DNA of 64,000 bases from Camelus dromedarius (Eukaryota): the NCBI RefSeq assembly GCF_036321535.1, contig NC_087447.1, positions 39,620,001 to 39,684,000 on the forward strand, given 5' to 3'. A program made the position numbers and the translations under genes. Below, piece by piece: positions 23,157 through 36,645 of this stretch; position 1 is the first letter of the stretch, and each line of letters begins with the position of its first letter. The notes beneath the pieces were generated by a model, which saw only the letters and a program-made list of their open reading frames with translations, did not search any database and was not told where the DNA came from.

Positions 23157-24770
23157 CTAGTTCACAAAAGAAGAAACATTAATGCTTTGAAGAAATGAGA
23201 AAAGGTCTTTCCTGACATACAGTCAAGATAATGCAATGTAAAGCAACAATAAAATACCCACTTTTGCCTACAGTAATTTCCTAATGTTCTTAGAAGCAAA
23301 TACTCCTAATACTGGGGGTGTATATTAATATATTGATTTAACTCTTTTCAAAAGCAATCTCATTGTATGTATCAAAAGCCTTAAAAATAACTTTTGCTGT
23401 AAACATAATATCGGATACTATAAAACTCCTAGGGGGGAAAACATAGGCAGAATATTCTTTGACATAAATCGCAGCAATATTTTTTTGGATCTGACTCCTA
23501 AAGTAATGGAAATAAAAATAAAAATAAAGAAATGGGACCTAATTAAACTTAAAACCTTTTGCACAGTAACGGAAGCTGTAAACAAAATGAAAAGACAATC
23601 TACAGACTAGGAGAAAATATTTGCAAATGATAAGACCAACAAGGGATTAATTTCCAAAAATATACAAACAGCTCATACAGCTTAATATCAAAACAAACAA
23701 ACAAACAACCCAATCAAAAAATGGGCAGAAGACCTATATATACATTTCTCCAAATAAGACATACAGATGTCCAACAGGCACATGAAAAGATGCTCAGTAT
23801 TGCTAATTATTATTAGAAACACAAATCAAAATACAATGAGGTATCATCTCACACCAGCCAGAATGGTCATCATTAAAAAATCTACAATAAATGCTGGAGA
23901 GGGTGTGGAGAAAAGGGAACCCTTGAACACTGTTGGGGGAATATAAATTGGTGCGGCCATTATAAAAAACAGTATGGAGGTTCCTTAAAAAACCAAAAAT
24001 AGACTTACCATATGATCCTGCAATCCTACCCCTGGGCATATATCTGGAGAAAAACTCTAACTAGAAAAGATACACGCACACCAATGTCCACAGCAGCACT
24101 ATGTACAATAGCCAAGACATGGAAGCAACCTAAATCTCCATTGACAGATGAATGGATGTGGTATATGTATACAATGGAATATTACTCAGCAATAAAAAAA
24201 GAATGAAATAAAGCCATTTGCAGTAACATGGACAGACCTAGAGATTATATTAAGTAAGACAAAGAAAGACAAGTACCATTCAATATCTTGTAATAATGTA
24301 TAATGAAAAAGAATCTGAAAAAGAATATATATATTACAACATTATAAATTAACTATACTTCGATTTTTTTTTAAAGGAGTAAAAAAAAATGCACACACAA
24401 AACTTTTGCTCTTAATGTAATTTAGGGATATGATCTGGAATATTGGGGCAGGGAAGGAAGTTGCTAGGAGATGTCTGTCATAGTTATCTTTGTGGGAGAA
24501 AAAGAGAAACTAAACCAAACATAAGGAATTGTTAAATAAACCCCTTCTGAGCAGAATATAAACAGGCATTAAAAATTAATGGGAAAGAATTACACTGTAA
24601 GTTCAGAAAGCAAGATAAAACATACATATAGGATGATCACAACTTTGTAAAATAAATACAAAGGCATATGAAGGAAATATGTCAAAATGCTAACAGTGGT
24701 TGGCTCTGGGTTGTAGGTATTATACGTGGGTCTTTCCTACTTCTTTATTTTCCGAACACTTTTAGTTTGG
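23157..24770 (+). mobile_element. Ancient L1M(E)-like fragment, split by a younger L1 insertion
   Basis: Degenerate L1 ORF2-end/3'UTR-like sequence lies on both sides of the young L1: ttcacaaaagaagaaaca..aatgcaatgtaaagcaacaat at 23160-23390 and aaaatgctaacagtggtt..ctctggg near 24685-24710. Confidence 0.55.
23399..24400 (+). mobile_element. 5'-truncated L1 (ORF2 C-terminus + 3' UTR + A-rich tail) with 10-bp TSD
   Basis: Frame 24012-24206 gives ...TPMSTAALCTIAKTWKQPKSP...WYMYTMEYYSAIKKE, the L1 ORF2p C-terminus. Classic motifs include aatgggacctaattaaacttaaaa and caatgaggtatcatctcacaccag. The direct repeat aacttttgct occurs at 23389-23398 and 24401-24410. Confidence 0.95.
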
Positions 24771-25321
24771 GCAGGCAATCCATCTCACCCCTGCACCCAC
24801 CTGCCGAACACATCTCCTGCACAGAGGCAGCACCTGCAGGTGGTGGCTGAGAGGGCTGGTGAGACACCCAGCCAGAGCAGTGCAGGTACATGAGGGAGAG
24901 CTACTCTGTCAATCCCACTTCATAGCCCTGACTCTCCACAGATAAAAGGTGACTGCATCTCTTCCCCTCTTCACACTGAACACCGCTCACAAATCCAAGG
25001 ACAAAACACACTGCATTCTAAGAGCTGACACAATTCAAGACTACAGTTCATGTGTACATGCATTCAAATTCAGACTGAAAAAAAGAGCAAGCCATGTCTA
25101 AACCCCGTGCTACTCAATTATCCACCACATTCTCTCTCATGTCCTCTGGACTTGCAAACATGTAGGCTAAGATATGTCTTCCCTCCCTCTCTGCCTGATC
25201 AACTCCTAATTTTATGTTAATTCCCATCTTAGATAGCCCTTGTTTCCAGTTAGCCTGTCCTGACCAAGGTTGGGGTCATGCACAGGGACCACCCCCACCC
25301 AGGTCAGTAACTATTAGCATG

Positions 25322-25691
25322 TGTTACAGATTAAATTGTGTCCCCCTCAAAATTTATGTTGAAGCTCTAACCCCCAACACAACTGTCTTTAGAGATAGGG
25401 CCTTTAAACATGTCATTATGGTTAAACGAGATCATGAGGGTGCAGCCCTGATCCAGTATGACCGGTGTCCAAGAAAAGGAAGAGACGACAGGGATGCTTG
25501 TGTACAGAGACCATGTGAGGACACAGGCAGGTGACTGTCTGCAAGCCAAGAGAGGCCTCAGGAGAAACCAGACCTGCTGGGATCTTGATCTTGGACTTCC
25601 AGTCTCCAGAACTGTGAGAAAATAAGTTTCTGTTGTTTAAACCCTCCAAGTCTGTGGTCTTTTCTTACAGCAGCCCTAGCAAGCCAGCACA
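25322..25691 (+). mobile_element. MaLR solo LTR (MLT1B-like)
   Basis: TG...CA termini (tgttacagattaaattgtgtccccctcaaaattta ... cagccctagcaagccagcaca). Internal ttggacttccagtctccagaactgtgagaaaataagtttctgttgtttaa is the MLT1 hallmark. Confidence 0.9.
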
Positions 25692-26677
25692 ATATGCCTG
25701 TAGCTTCCAAAGAGACTCTAAACTCTCTGAGGGCAGCGGCCACATCTGCCCTGTCCAGCGCCCGGCACAGGGCAGGGGCTTAATGAAAAATGAACACATC
25801 TTGAAATAAGGAATAATGAACAAGAAATCTTGAGTATTTGCAGAAACTAACAATAATATTTCAAGCATGCAGCCCTAGAGCATGATGGCTACTTTTCATA
25901 TTAACAGCTAAGCAGACAAAGAGAGGAATGAGAGGGCATCCACCTATGTTGGTCCCTTTTATTCTAAACAGTTTTTAAAGTATGCTTGCAGTGTAAACTT
26001 CCAGACATTGTAAATGGTTAATTTCAAGAGACTTATGGATGCAGAGTAAGTTAATTAAGTTGTTTGCCTTTATGCACTGGGGTATATGTGAATGTGCCTG
26101 GCTTGAGAAAGACTCACTACGGGATGTGCAGCATTAATTAACTTGGGTTTAGTTGTTGAACATAAAAAAAGCACGCATTAAGGCTGAGTTGGTTGTATTT
26201 AAGGAAACTGCATTTCAGAATACAACACTTTTCAGAGGTGAACTTTGCCAAAGAAAAATAGATCTACTTTTTCTTTATGACAAGTGTGTCTTTACTCTCT
26301 GCCTTTACCAAACTATGTCTAAGATATGGCAAAGGTTTATTAAAACAACGCTTAAGACACTAGGAGGGGAGTACCCAGTCTAGGAATGGGTTGTTTTTCC
26401 ACGGCTTGGAGGCACAAACTGACAGGTGGTATAAACTGCCCCTGAAAAGGAAACATGCAGGGTTAGGTCTCCAGCTTGTCCACAAAATCTTGGTGAGCTC
26501 ATAAATCCAAGACTAGTCTTTCCATCTGATCCATAAGAGTAGGACTACTAACAGTGTTTTTCCTGCGGCTCTACACAGAAAAGGGAGACGTCACCCACTT
26601 TTCCCCCAATCTAGTAAGAAGCAATGATTTTTTTCCTGCCATCCTTTTTTCAAAGTTTTACTTCTTTCCCAAATCCC

Positions 26678-26710
<33 letters not shown>

Positions 26711-27489
26711 CCCCAGGTCCCAGGTGCTCTACCCCTAAAGTCCACTTGGTTCCAAAATTTCTAAGTCCTTTCTCTGCTCCAAGCCAAATTCCCATTCCCT
26801 CAATGTAATGATCCCACTTAGGGGTTAGGAGAAATCAATATGATTCACCTCATTGACACTATACTCAGTGCCCTTTATGTGTCATCACAGGAAGAGTAAC
26901 ATTTAAAAGAAGATTACGATGACTTTAAAATAAAACTCCAAAGAGCAACACTAAGGCATTCACTCATTTATTCATCCATCCATGCATGCATCCATCCAAC
27001 AACTGATGGTAAAATTTCACCATTTGAAAGCTCACTGCCAAATTTATTCTCCTACAAATATGAAAATGTTCTGTGGGTGTAAAATGCTTAGACCCAGATT
27101 GGGTAATAAACTACTGGCATCACCAGGAATCTAACCCAAATCAGTGAAAATAAAATGCTTTCTAGTAAAAGAAAAAGAAAGAAACAAACAAAACCCAAAG
27201 TTTGATAATACAGATATTCACTGCTGGTGGGTCAACACTTTATCTCCTGCCCTCCTTCTGCTACTCTGAGCACAAGATCTCTGAGTCCAATGGAAGTGCT
27301 GTGTAATCTCACAGATCACAGCAATCTCATGTAATGAGAGAGTTAGAGGCAGGGTTAAAAAAAAAAAGAAGTCACAAAACTCTACACAGGATTTTCTCTA
27401 GGTACCCTGCTGTATTTACTCCACCCTTCCAAACTCTCAGAAGGAAGTGTTAAAACATTATGTTTTATCAGTAACAGACAGGTATTTTT

Positions 27490-27705
27490 CATTGAGTGCC
27501 TCCTGTGTGCCGGCCACTGTGCAACACATTTCCTAAATATGTCTGTTATCACAAAGTTCCATCAGACAGGTATGATTATTATTCCCAGTTCACAGATGAG
27601 GAAGCTGAGACTCAGACCAGTTAAAGAGTTCACCCAAAGCCCACAGCTAACAGACGGCAGTGCTGGGATTTGAGCCCAGGTCTGTCAGAGTGCACTGCTC
27701 TTAAA
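27490..27705 (-). mobile_element. MIR SINE (near full length)
   Basis: attgagtgcctcctgtgtgcc...cacagatgaggaagctgagactcaga..gttaa...cccaaagcccacagcta...ctgggatttgagcccaggtctg. Confidence 0.85.
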
Positions 27706-28072
27706 AGCAGGTTGCATCAGATGTTCACAAGTCCAAAGCCTCCATGGATATCTGTTCCAGCCACTATCCAGCCTAAGTAACGGATGACCTAAAAAGGATG
27801 AACAGTCTAAGTAAATCAAACACTAGAAAATCTGTTCTGCATAACTCAGACCTCACCCTCCCCCCTCCAAATGTGAACGGAGTAATTTATCTTTCACACC
27901 TCAAATGGCTTGTTTTATACCAAACTGTAATTGTCCCCAGCACTGGCTGCCGGCCACTTGTTGACACTGGCCATCATTCACATTGCTTGACCTCTCATTT
28001 TATCCAAGTTATCCAAGTCCTCTTTCTTGAGTTCAAACTTTAAATTCTCATTCTTCAGGATGTAACTGTTGC

Positions 28073-28470
28073 AACTCAATTCACTGAACATTTATTAAGT
28101 CCTTACATAATTACATGTGTCAAGCATATAGACACAGCCCCTCCCAAGGCTAGCTGAAAGTCTAGTTGGGGAAACAAGGAACCAAATGTGTAAGCACCAG
28201 AGAGGCAGCAGCTAATATGGTTTGAGAAATTCAGGAGGCACCTGAAAGAGTTCTTGGAGAATGAGTGGTAATTTCCAAAATAGCTAATGGTATTAGACTC
28301 TGGAAATAACAAGTCATTTGGTGTGACTAAAAGAGTAGGGGGAATAAACAGTGGTGACACGCTGTGAAAATGTCTATACATGAAAAACTTTATCCTGCAG
28401 GAAAAAGGGATTCAAAGCTTTTCTCAGCAGCACAGGAACAGGAGTAAATTTAAGTTTCAGGAAGATGAGA
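28073..28470 (-). mobile_element. L2 LINE 3' fragment
   Basis: Starts caattcactgaacatttattaagtcct, the reverse of the L2 tail. Later contains actttatcctgcagg...aggagtaaatttaagtttcaggaagat. Confidence 0.6.
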
Positions 28471-30356
28471 CAACTCATCCAAATATTTGGGGGCAGAGTA
28501 CGACTTACTCTCTAAGTAAGGAGCAAGACAAATTCCCCATTTGCAGATTTTACATGCCTACTTTGTTGGGTTACCAACGACAAATATCACAAAGCTGTTT
28601 ACATTTCTCCTTTTTCATTATTCATTAGTTCAGGTACAGTACTCTCCTGCACTGTACATATTAGACTCAGGTTCAACCCTGTATAAAAACATTTCAGCAC
28701 AAAAAGGCCAGGGAGAAGGCAGGCCAGCATTTCAGCACATCTCTGCAGACTGGAATGCAATGTTCATAATTAAGATGACCTGAATTCCCCCCAAATCTTT
28801 TTTTTTTTTCAATTCATTGATAAAGTCTTGATGAAAAATACAGACATTTTGTCATCCTTACTACATTTACCTCATCTCAAAACTGTCCTGACTGGGTGAA
28901 AGCTAATGCTGCTGCTTCTGTCTGGTCAATTATTGCATGGACACAAGGGACCAATTAATGCCATCCATAAAAGCCTGAATCATTCTGTCAATTAACAAGA
29001 ACTAACTATGTCATCAGATATATTACTGGTGAGCAAGTCTATTTGGTTGCAATATGTCTTGAAGGAGAGCAGTATCAAATGAATCACAATTGACTTGGAC
29101 AACTGCTAGCATAATTTCGGAAGATGAAAAGACAGATGTGGTAGTTATTAGTGGTCCCCTGAGGAATTACAGCCAAGCAATTGTAATGTGCTAAGACTGC
29201 GCTAGCAGGTGCCTGCAGTACAAATCAGACAGAGGGTTAAATCAATATTTTCAATTTCTTGGGATCAATCTGGTGTTTGAACGAGATGGAAACTTGTTAG
29301 CAATTGGCAGGATGTGTAAATGAAAAGTCAAACTTCTTATTATTTGTTAAAAAGGAATGAGTGTACTGCATCATGCCCTTGGCACAAGGTAATGCTTTCA
29401 TGATCCAGTAGCTCGGGCATTCACTGAGAATCAAGCAGTTCTTAAATTTTAATAGAGTGCAAAAGGTTAGCTTTATAAAGGTTGAACATTCAAGATCTTT
29501 AAAAATGATTGAAGTGTCAATAGGAAAGTTTTGAGCTGTGACAACAGTAAAGTTATTAATGATTAGTGCAAGAACCAGAAGGAAACCTTAAACTCAGTGG
29601 AAAGATGGGGAAAATGTGGTCTCACCAAGCATTTACAGATTAAACACAGCCTTGGGAACATCACTACTTTTCTCTTGTTTTACTAAGAAGCAGTCTGACT
29701 CCAGGGACAATTTACCAAAAATCTTGATTACTCTTCCCCAGTTGTCTCTATTGTATTTATAACCCTTATTGAGTGTCTTAGATTAACTGAATGACCAACT
29801 CTGACAATGTTCCACCTTGGTTTTGGTTAGTTTTCTTGCTTTTAATCTGGGGATAGACAATCTTCATATGCCCCTGAATTATGAAGATCCAATACACATA
29901 CACAGAGCTTGGAATTGTAAACAAATAAAACTTGCAACCTAGTGCATCTTGTGCGTACACCGTAATCAGCTTAATCATTACTGGGGAGCAGTGTGGTTCG
30001 GTGGAAAAAGTCAGAGCCGTGGGTGTGAATCTGGGATCTGTGGCTCCCTCGTTATGCGCCTCTGGGCAAGTCACATGGCTGCTCAAGGATCAGTTATCCC
30101 ACATGCTAAAAAGCGGGTGTAGTGAGGGAGAAGTTTCCTGCCTCCTACACTTGTTGGAAGCAGTAAATCTCCTGCCTGGCATATCAATTAGAAGTGCAAA
30201 TGTTTCCTTCCTATTTAAAACAAAGTGTATGCCACTTTGCCGTAAGAAATAAGTAAAGAATAAGTACAATATGAAACTGAGCTATAGAAAGTCAATATAA
30301 GTACTTATAGACAAAATGAGACTCCATGATAGTTTCCTTTTGCTTAAAAAAAATCC

Positions 30357-30431
30357 TCACCAGAATCTTAAAAAAAAAAAAATTTAACATTGTAAAATGA
30401 CTATAACTCAATAAAAGATGTTAAAAAAAAA
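30357..30431 (+). mobile_element. Very short L1 3'-terminal fragment (lineage-type tail)
   Basis: aatttaacattgtaaaatgactataactcaataaaagatgttaaaaaaaaa: an L1 3' end with AATAAA and an A-tail. Confidence 0.65.
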
Positions 30432-33400
30432 CCCCCAATAATTCAAACAAGTATTTCTTGACTATCTAAGAATAAGATTTTTGAGACACAAAGATAATGA
30501 GGCAGGGCATCCGTCCTCAAGGACTTTGAGGGGAATATGCACCTAATTAATGGTAAACAAAGCAGATCTAAGACCAGGGCACTGGGGGAATTCAGGGAAA
30601 GGAGAAAGCCTGTAGGTGGCAGAGGGGCCTGGTGAAGGCCAGGCTCTGCAGGGAAAAAATCCACGGAAGAAGGGTCATTTGAGATGGGCTCTGAAGGATA
30701 CACACTTCACAGTAGGTGTCTATGTATATATGTGTAATTATAACCATATATAACATACACATAATCCTTTTATAATAATGTACAAAACATATGTGTATGT
30801 ATATTTACACATATTACACAGGCATTAACATCTTTTAAAAGAATGAACACATAACAGGTCTTGTTTACTACATGCACACAAGCAACAGACACCTGAGAAC
30901 AAACGGGGCCAGGCCATGTTACTCGAGGAGGCAGCATTCTCCCAGAGGAGAGGAGGCCCTGAGAGCTGGGCCATCACCCCCTGACCACCTCAGAGTATGA
31001 GGACCTCCATGCCCGAGGTCACTGGGCTTGGGATGAGGAGAAGCCAATTCTCAGGCTGCCTGAATGGGTGGCCAGGTTTGAGCTGCGTCCTCCTTAGGGC
31101 CAAGGACTCAGGGGCTAAGGCACCAGCCCTGGAAGGCAGCAGCAAGCTGTCCAGGCAGCCCAATGAACAAGGCCGGCCGACCAAAAGGAGGCTGCCCACT
31201 TCCTGCCAAGATAAATGCATTACATGTACAGAAACAAGATGACCAGCGCTGATTTCACTAAGGGATTTGGAAATTAATTATACTGTTAACAGGACGCCCC
31301 CGGAAGCCCCTGTGCTGTCTGCAGGGCAGGCTGCCCTCTGACCTCATGTGCGCTGTGAGGTGTGGTGCTCCTCAGTCACAAGGGTGGACTTTTTATTTGT
31401 TCACTGTCACCCTCAACTCCCTCATCTTGCTCTCTAGATTCTCCCCTCCAATTTCACCAAAGCTAAACTCCTCTGGTTCCTAATGACACAAGGGCCCCTC
31501 CCATGCGTTTCCCCAGGCCTGACGCCACCCTGCCCCGGCCTCCCGGTCCCTGCGCCTGGCCTCCCTCGATCTCTCTACTTCCAAGGCCCAGCTCAGCAAA
31601 ACCGCCTCATCAAACTTCTCTGATCCTCTCCATTAGAAAGGCCCTTGCCCTTGTTCTACAGACAACTATAAATCCTCCAGTCCCCAACCCTTCTGGTAGA
31701 AAAGCCTTGAATGTCTTGTGGGAGTGTTCAGGAGAAACAGACGGCCTCAACAGTCTCGCGATGCCAACGTGTGTGTCCTGTCTCAGGAACCACATAAGAG
31801 GTCACAGGGCAAGGTGCCAGCACTGCCTCCGAGGTAGAGCCCATGCTCAGTACACTCTTAACTCCCGTAGCTTTTATGATGAGTTTCTGCAAACACTCGA
31901 GTTCACGCCCAATCTCGACAGCTGGCTAGGAAGGGGCCGGCAGAGGCGCACCACATCTTCGTGCTTCTCCATCTCCTATGCCAACACTGCAATCTCCAGT
32001 GCAGAAGATGCTCAGCAAACACACAGACAAGAGAAGAGACCTGTTTGGCTCCAGGCTCAGTAGAAGCATTATCAGTCAAGATTCAAAGTCAGCAAGAGCA
32101 AGGGACACATTCAAGATCTTTCTCTTTGGTTTAGATTTTTCGTCTAGAGATGAATATCTTGGGTCAGCAGCGTTCCATGCTTTAATCACAGTGGGCACTG
32201 ATGACTACGAAGAATCCAGATGCTTCCCCAGGCAAACCCGGGGTCTCTTGGTGATCACAGCTATATGGCACAGCTGAATGAGCCAGGTGAAGAGTTCCTG
32301 GTTCCGGTGAAGCTAAAGGGAGGCTCACAGAGACGGAGGGAGAGGCTGAGTGGGCTGGCTCATCTGCTCGTTCATTCTCTTACGTAGTCTCTGTCTTGGG
32401 CCAGGCAACATGGTAGGCTCTGAAGACTCGAGGGTAAACATGCATCTCTGCCAGGCAGAACCACATGGTCTCCTGGGGCGAAGTGCACTGGATCTAAGTC
32501 CTGCCTGCTGCACTGGGGCCTGGGGGAGCTCCCCAGGCACAGTTCCTCCACATCCACCCTCACTGCATACATGAGTCAGGTCAGGGAGCCAAAATCACGG
32601 AAAAGGAGACAGAAAGAGGATGCAGGAGATTTTCTTTTCCTTTTCTTTCCTTCTTTTTTTGGGGTGGCAAATTTTCTTCCCAATATTTAAAAATCCTCAC
32701 AAGCTTAAAACAGTAACTCTCTGCTCTATTATCATCTATAGAAATAGTTAGAGGGATACACAGAACAGGATCTAACTAATTTGTACTCCCAATTTGTTCT
32801 CAAAAGGGTTTGAAGTGGGATCCCCAAAAGACAGGCTGAAGAAAACAATGAAGACAAAAGAGTAAAAAAATAAGACAGGAGTAAGATTATATCAAAAAAA
32901 TGCAAAGCACGAAAAAACAGGGACTCTGTATAGAAAAGCCTGTGCTGACATGACTGACACCAGCGAAGGAACCGCGAGCAAAAAAAACCACTGCTCATAT
33001 TTTGGGTTAGTGTGTACTATAAAATATATATTTTATATATAGTTTTTTTTATCACCCTGTCCTGGGGTGGGCTATGTGTATTGCTGGATTTCAGTTTTGT
33101 AAAAAGGAAAGCTATGCCTTTAAGAAATTCAACTCACACAGGCCAGCTTTTGAAACCAAGGTTAAGCACGGAAGAGCCAATAAAAATGCTGTAACTTGAA
33201 ACCAACCCACAGGGGCACAAAAAGAAAGGAGAGAGGTCAGCCAGTTGCCCTGGGACACACCCTTCTAACTTGGTTCTAGAACAGCAGCGCCCAGTTTGCA
33301 AGACAAGAAGCTAATTGACTCGAATGTCTGCTGCATAAGCTATAAAATAAGTACATAAAGAACAATATGAACACACAGAGCCATCAGTTCCATAAAAAGG

Positions 33401-34094
33401 CCTGCTGTCCAACACCACACTGTGCACCAAACAAGCGGGGCGATTGTTTCAGCAGGCTGCATGATGAAGCAGGAATAATTAGCGTACTTGTGAATCAAGT
33501 GTCCACCAGGAAGAGATCTCCATCCTGGGGCAGCGGCAGGCAACACCCTAGGCCCTCAAGAGTCAAGCTGGGGTTTTTAAAGATCTTTATTGACAATCCT
33601 GATGCAAGCGAACACATTCTTCACCCCCATAAACCAACACTCGCCCCACTGTGGCCATTCCTTATTCGCTGAAACACACACACTTCTAAAGTTTCACCAA
33701 CTGTTACTTTCCATTACCAGGAAATGTAATTTTCTCTCTCTCATTTTTTTCATTGGCCAGGGATACAATAACTCTTGCCAAAAAGGGAGGGGTGGTGACA
33801 AAAACATCCACTTGAGCCGTCCTGGCACGAAGAGGGCAAAACATGATATCAAATCCATAAACGTTTGTCCAGAGAGTTTGGGGGAGGGGGGACGAGGAGT
33901 AAATACCTCTGGTCCCAGGATTTTTCTCATTATTCAGCATATTGAATGGGAAAAAACTATTTTCTTCCTCCTGCAAATCTGAAAATAAGCAAGTGGGATG
34001 CGTGGTCTGTCACTAGGACAAAACCCACTGATCTAGTGGTATCCAATGCACATGACAGTCTGCAACATAAACAACACAAAGCAACAGAATGACC

Positions 34095-34310
34095 TTACAA
34101 CTTGGAGTCAGTAGATCTGAGCTCCCATCTCTGCACTCCCTCTCAAGAGCTGTATCATGTTTGACAAGTCATTCACTCACGTGGATCTTAATTTTTCTAT
34201 TTGTAAAATAGAGATAATAAGTGTTCCCAACCTCATAACCTCCCCCAAAGGGTTGCTGAGAGAACAAAATGAGATTATGCAGATGAACGTCATTTGACGA
34301 AAATATAATT
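34095..34310 (+). mobile_element. MIR SINE
   Basis: ttggagtcagtagatctgagctc...gacaagtcattcac...ttttctatttgtaaaatagagataataa...agggttgctgagagaacaaaatgaga. Confidence 0.75.
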
Positions 34311-34894
34311 CCTTAACTTCGTCTGTTGGGAAACTCAGAAAATGCCAGGCACAATCCCAGCATCTCATGAATACTCACTGTTTGCTTAGCACTGAGGCAG
34401 ATGCCTAGGAGATGGAGAGAATTAAAAGGTGCCGTCTTCCTGCCTGCAAGGAACTCGCCAGGCGAGTGAGAAGCAGGGTATGTACGTTTGGGGCTAAAGC
34501 AAGATTAGGCATGGTTCCCTGGAGATAATAAAGTCTAAATGCCTTCCCCTCATCTGACTTAATTCTTCTGCACTCAAGAAAATCCACTGGGCTCTACCCA
34601 GAAGGCTTACAGCCCTAAAAACAATAACAAAAGAGTCGATGAGTGGTATCTCAGCAGCACCCAGGGGTATTGTCGGAGACAGAGTTGAGAGGAATTCCCT
34701 CTTGCCCTTTAGTCGCTCTATGAATTCAAACCATAGGGAGCACAGCAGCCCCAGAGGAAATCTCTGGAGTGACGAAAAGCCCCACTCCCAACCCTTCCAT
34801 TAACCTGTACTTTAAAAAGAGAAGGCTACATGGGGTGCCTGGAAGGACCTCCTTCAGGAAGCTCCAAGCCCAGAATCAGAAATCTAAACTCTAA

Positions 34895-35135
34895 CGACAG
34901 TCATTAATAATGGGTTCCTATAGGTCAGGTACAGTGCTAAACCTTTATACACATTATTGCATTCGATGCTTAAAGCACTGAAAAGAAGTAATGATCAGAT
35001 ATCCATTTTGCTGGTGAAGTTAAGGACTTGATAAGCTTAAATAACTGGCCCAGGGTTTGCACAGCTGGTAAGAACTATGATTTGAACCCAAGCATGTTGA
35101 CTTCAAATCCCACACTATTCCCTATCACACCCGAT
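34895..35135 (-). mobile_element. MIR SINE
   Basis: ctataggtcaggtacagtgctaaacctttatacacatt...ccattttgctggtgaag...ttaaataactggcccagggt..cacagctggtaa...gatttgaacccaag. Confidence 0.75.
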
Positions 35136-35589
35136 CACTGCATGTCCATTTTCCACTCTGCTGTTCACTTCTTGAAAACTAGTCGCACTATTTTCTCTGC
35201 AGAAGGACAAAAGACACTATGGGTCTACCATGGAGGCCCAGTGTAATCACAGCTGACAAGGAAAAGTGTAATCCAGGACGCAAAGCCCCACAAACTCACG
35301 CTCTTCTCCGAGGAGGTATTTTCCCCTGAAAGGTTTGGTAGCTTAGGAAAAGAGAGAGCAGAGATCTAGAATAGCCCAGAACGTTCTAGTAACTTTGAGT
35401 GGTTAATACATTTAAAAAAATTAAACCTTACTATGAACAAGAGAATATAGTTAAATAGTATGTTCACTTTTCACCCATGAATAAGAAAAGATTTTTCAAA
35501 AGACAATTTTCAGTGCTAGCTAAGGTATATTGATTGAGATCATCTCATATGTACTGCTAGCAAACCTACAAAGTAGTCTGGCATGCTGT

Positions 35590-36645
35590 ATTTCTAGTTT
35601 CATAGCTAACAACCCTTTCTTCAACCTAAGGTTGTGAAGATTATTCACTATGTTATATTCTGGAAGTTTTAGTATTAGCTTTTACATTGACCTTTCACAT
35701 GTAGGTCTACAGTCCATTTTGAGTTACTTTCTGTGTACGGTGTGAGGTAAGGGTTTAAACTGATCTTTTTTTGCATGTGGATATCCAATTGTCCTAGCAC
35801 TATTTCTTGAATAGACTACCTCCTCTCTATTAAACTGCTTTGGCACCTACAAAGAAAAATCAATTGACAATAAATATAATGGTTTATTTCTAGACTCTCA
35901 ACTCAGCACCACTGATCTACCATTATACCAGTAACACATTGTCTTGATTACTGCAGCTTCATAGTTAAGTTTTGAAACCAAAAGCGTAATCCTCCATTTT
36001 CCTCTTTTCAATTTATTTTTTTTCTTTATTCTGGTTCCTCTACATTTCTATACAAATGTTAGGAACAACTTGTCAATTTCTACCAAAAAAACCATGCTGG
36101 GATTTTTACTGCATTAAATCTATAAATCAATTTGGGGAGAATTAACAATATTGAGTCTTCCAATCCATGAACACAGAATATTGCTCCATTTGTTTAGATC
36201 TTCTCTAATTTAATTTTCCTCAGCAATGCTTTATAGTTTCCAGTGTGCAAGTCTTACACTTCTTCTGTGAAGTTTATTCTTAAGAAGTTTATTTTTTGAT
36301 GCTAGTTTGAACAGAAAAGTTTCCTTAATTTCATTTTCAGATTTTTTTCTTTTTGCCAGTATGCACAGTTGATTTCTGTATATCGATCCTGCATCCTGTA
36401 AGCTTGCTGAACTTATTAACTCTAATAGGTTTGTGTTGGGTGTGTATATGTGTGTGTGTGTGTGCGTGTGTGTGTGTTCAAGATTCTCTACCTATGCTCA
36501 AATCGCCTGCAAACAAAGACAGTTTTGCTCCTTTCCTTACAACCTGGATGCCTTTAATGTCTTAACTTGCAGTGTACTTCTCAGGAGACGTGGCAAGAAC
36601 GGACATCCGTGCCTTGCTCCCAGACTTTGGAGGAAGCCATATTCA
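35590..36645 (-). mobile_element. L1 ORF2 fragment (old L1M), with an internal (GT)n near 36437-36476
   Basis: gtccattttgagtta..ttctgtgtacggtgtgaggtaagg, catgtggatatccaattgtcctagcac, gtcttgattactgcagcttcatag, aacaatattgagtcttccaatccatgaaca and ggacatccgtgccttgctcc are reverse-complement L1 ORF2 hallmarks. Confidence 0.9.

Noticed and set aside
23803..24206. ORFs 24012-24206 (+) and 23803-24039 (-) as genes
   Set aside because: These are the broken L1 ORF2 C-terminus and its antisense frame.
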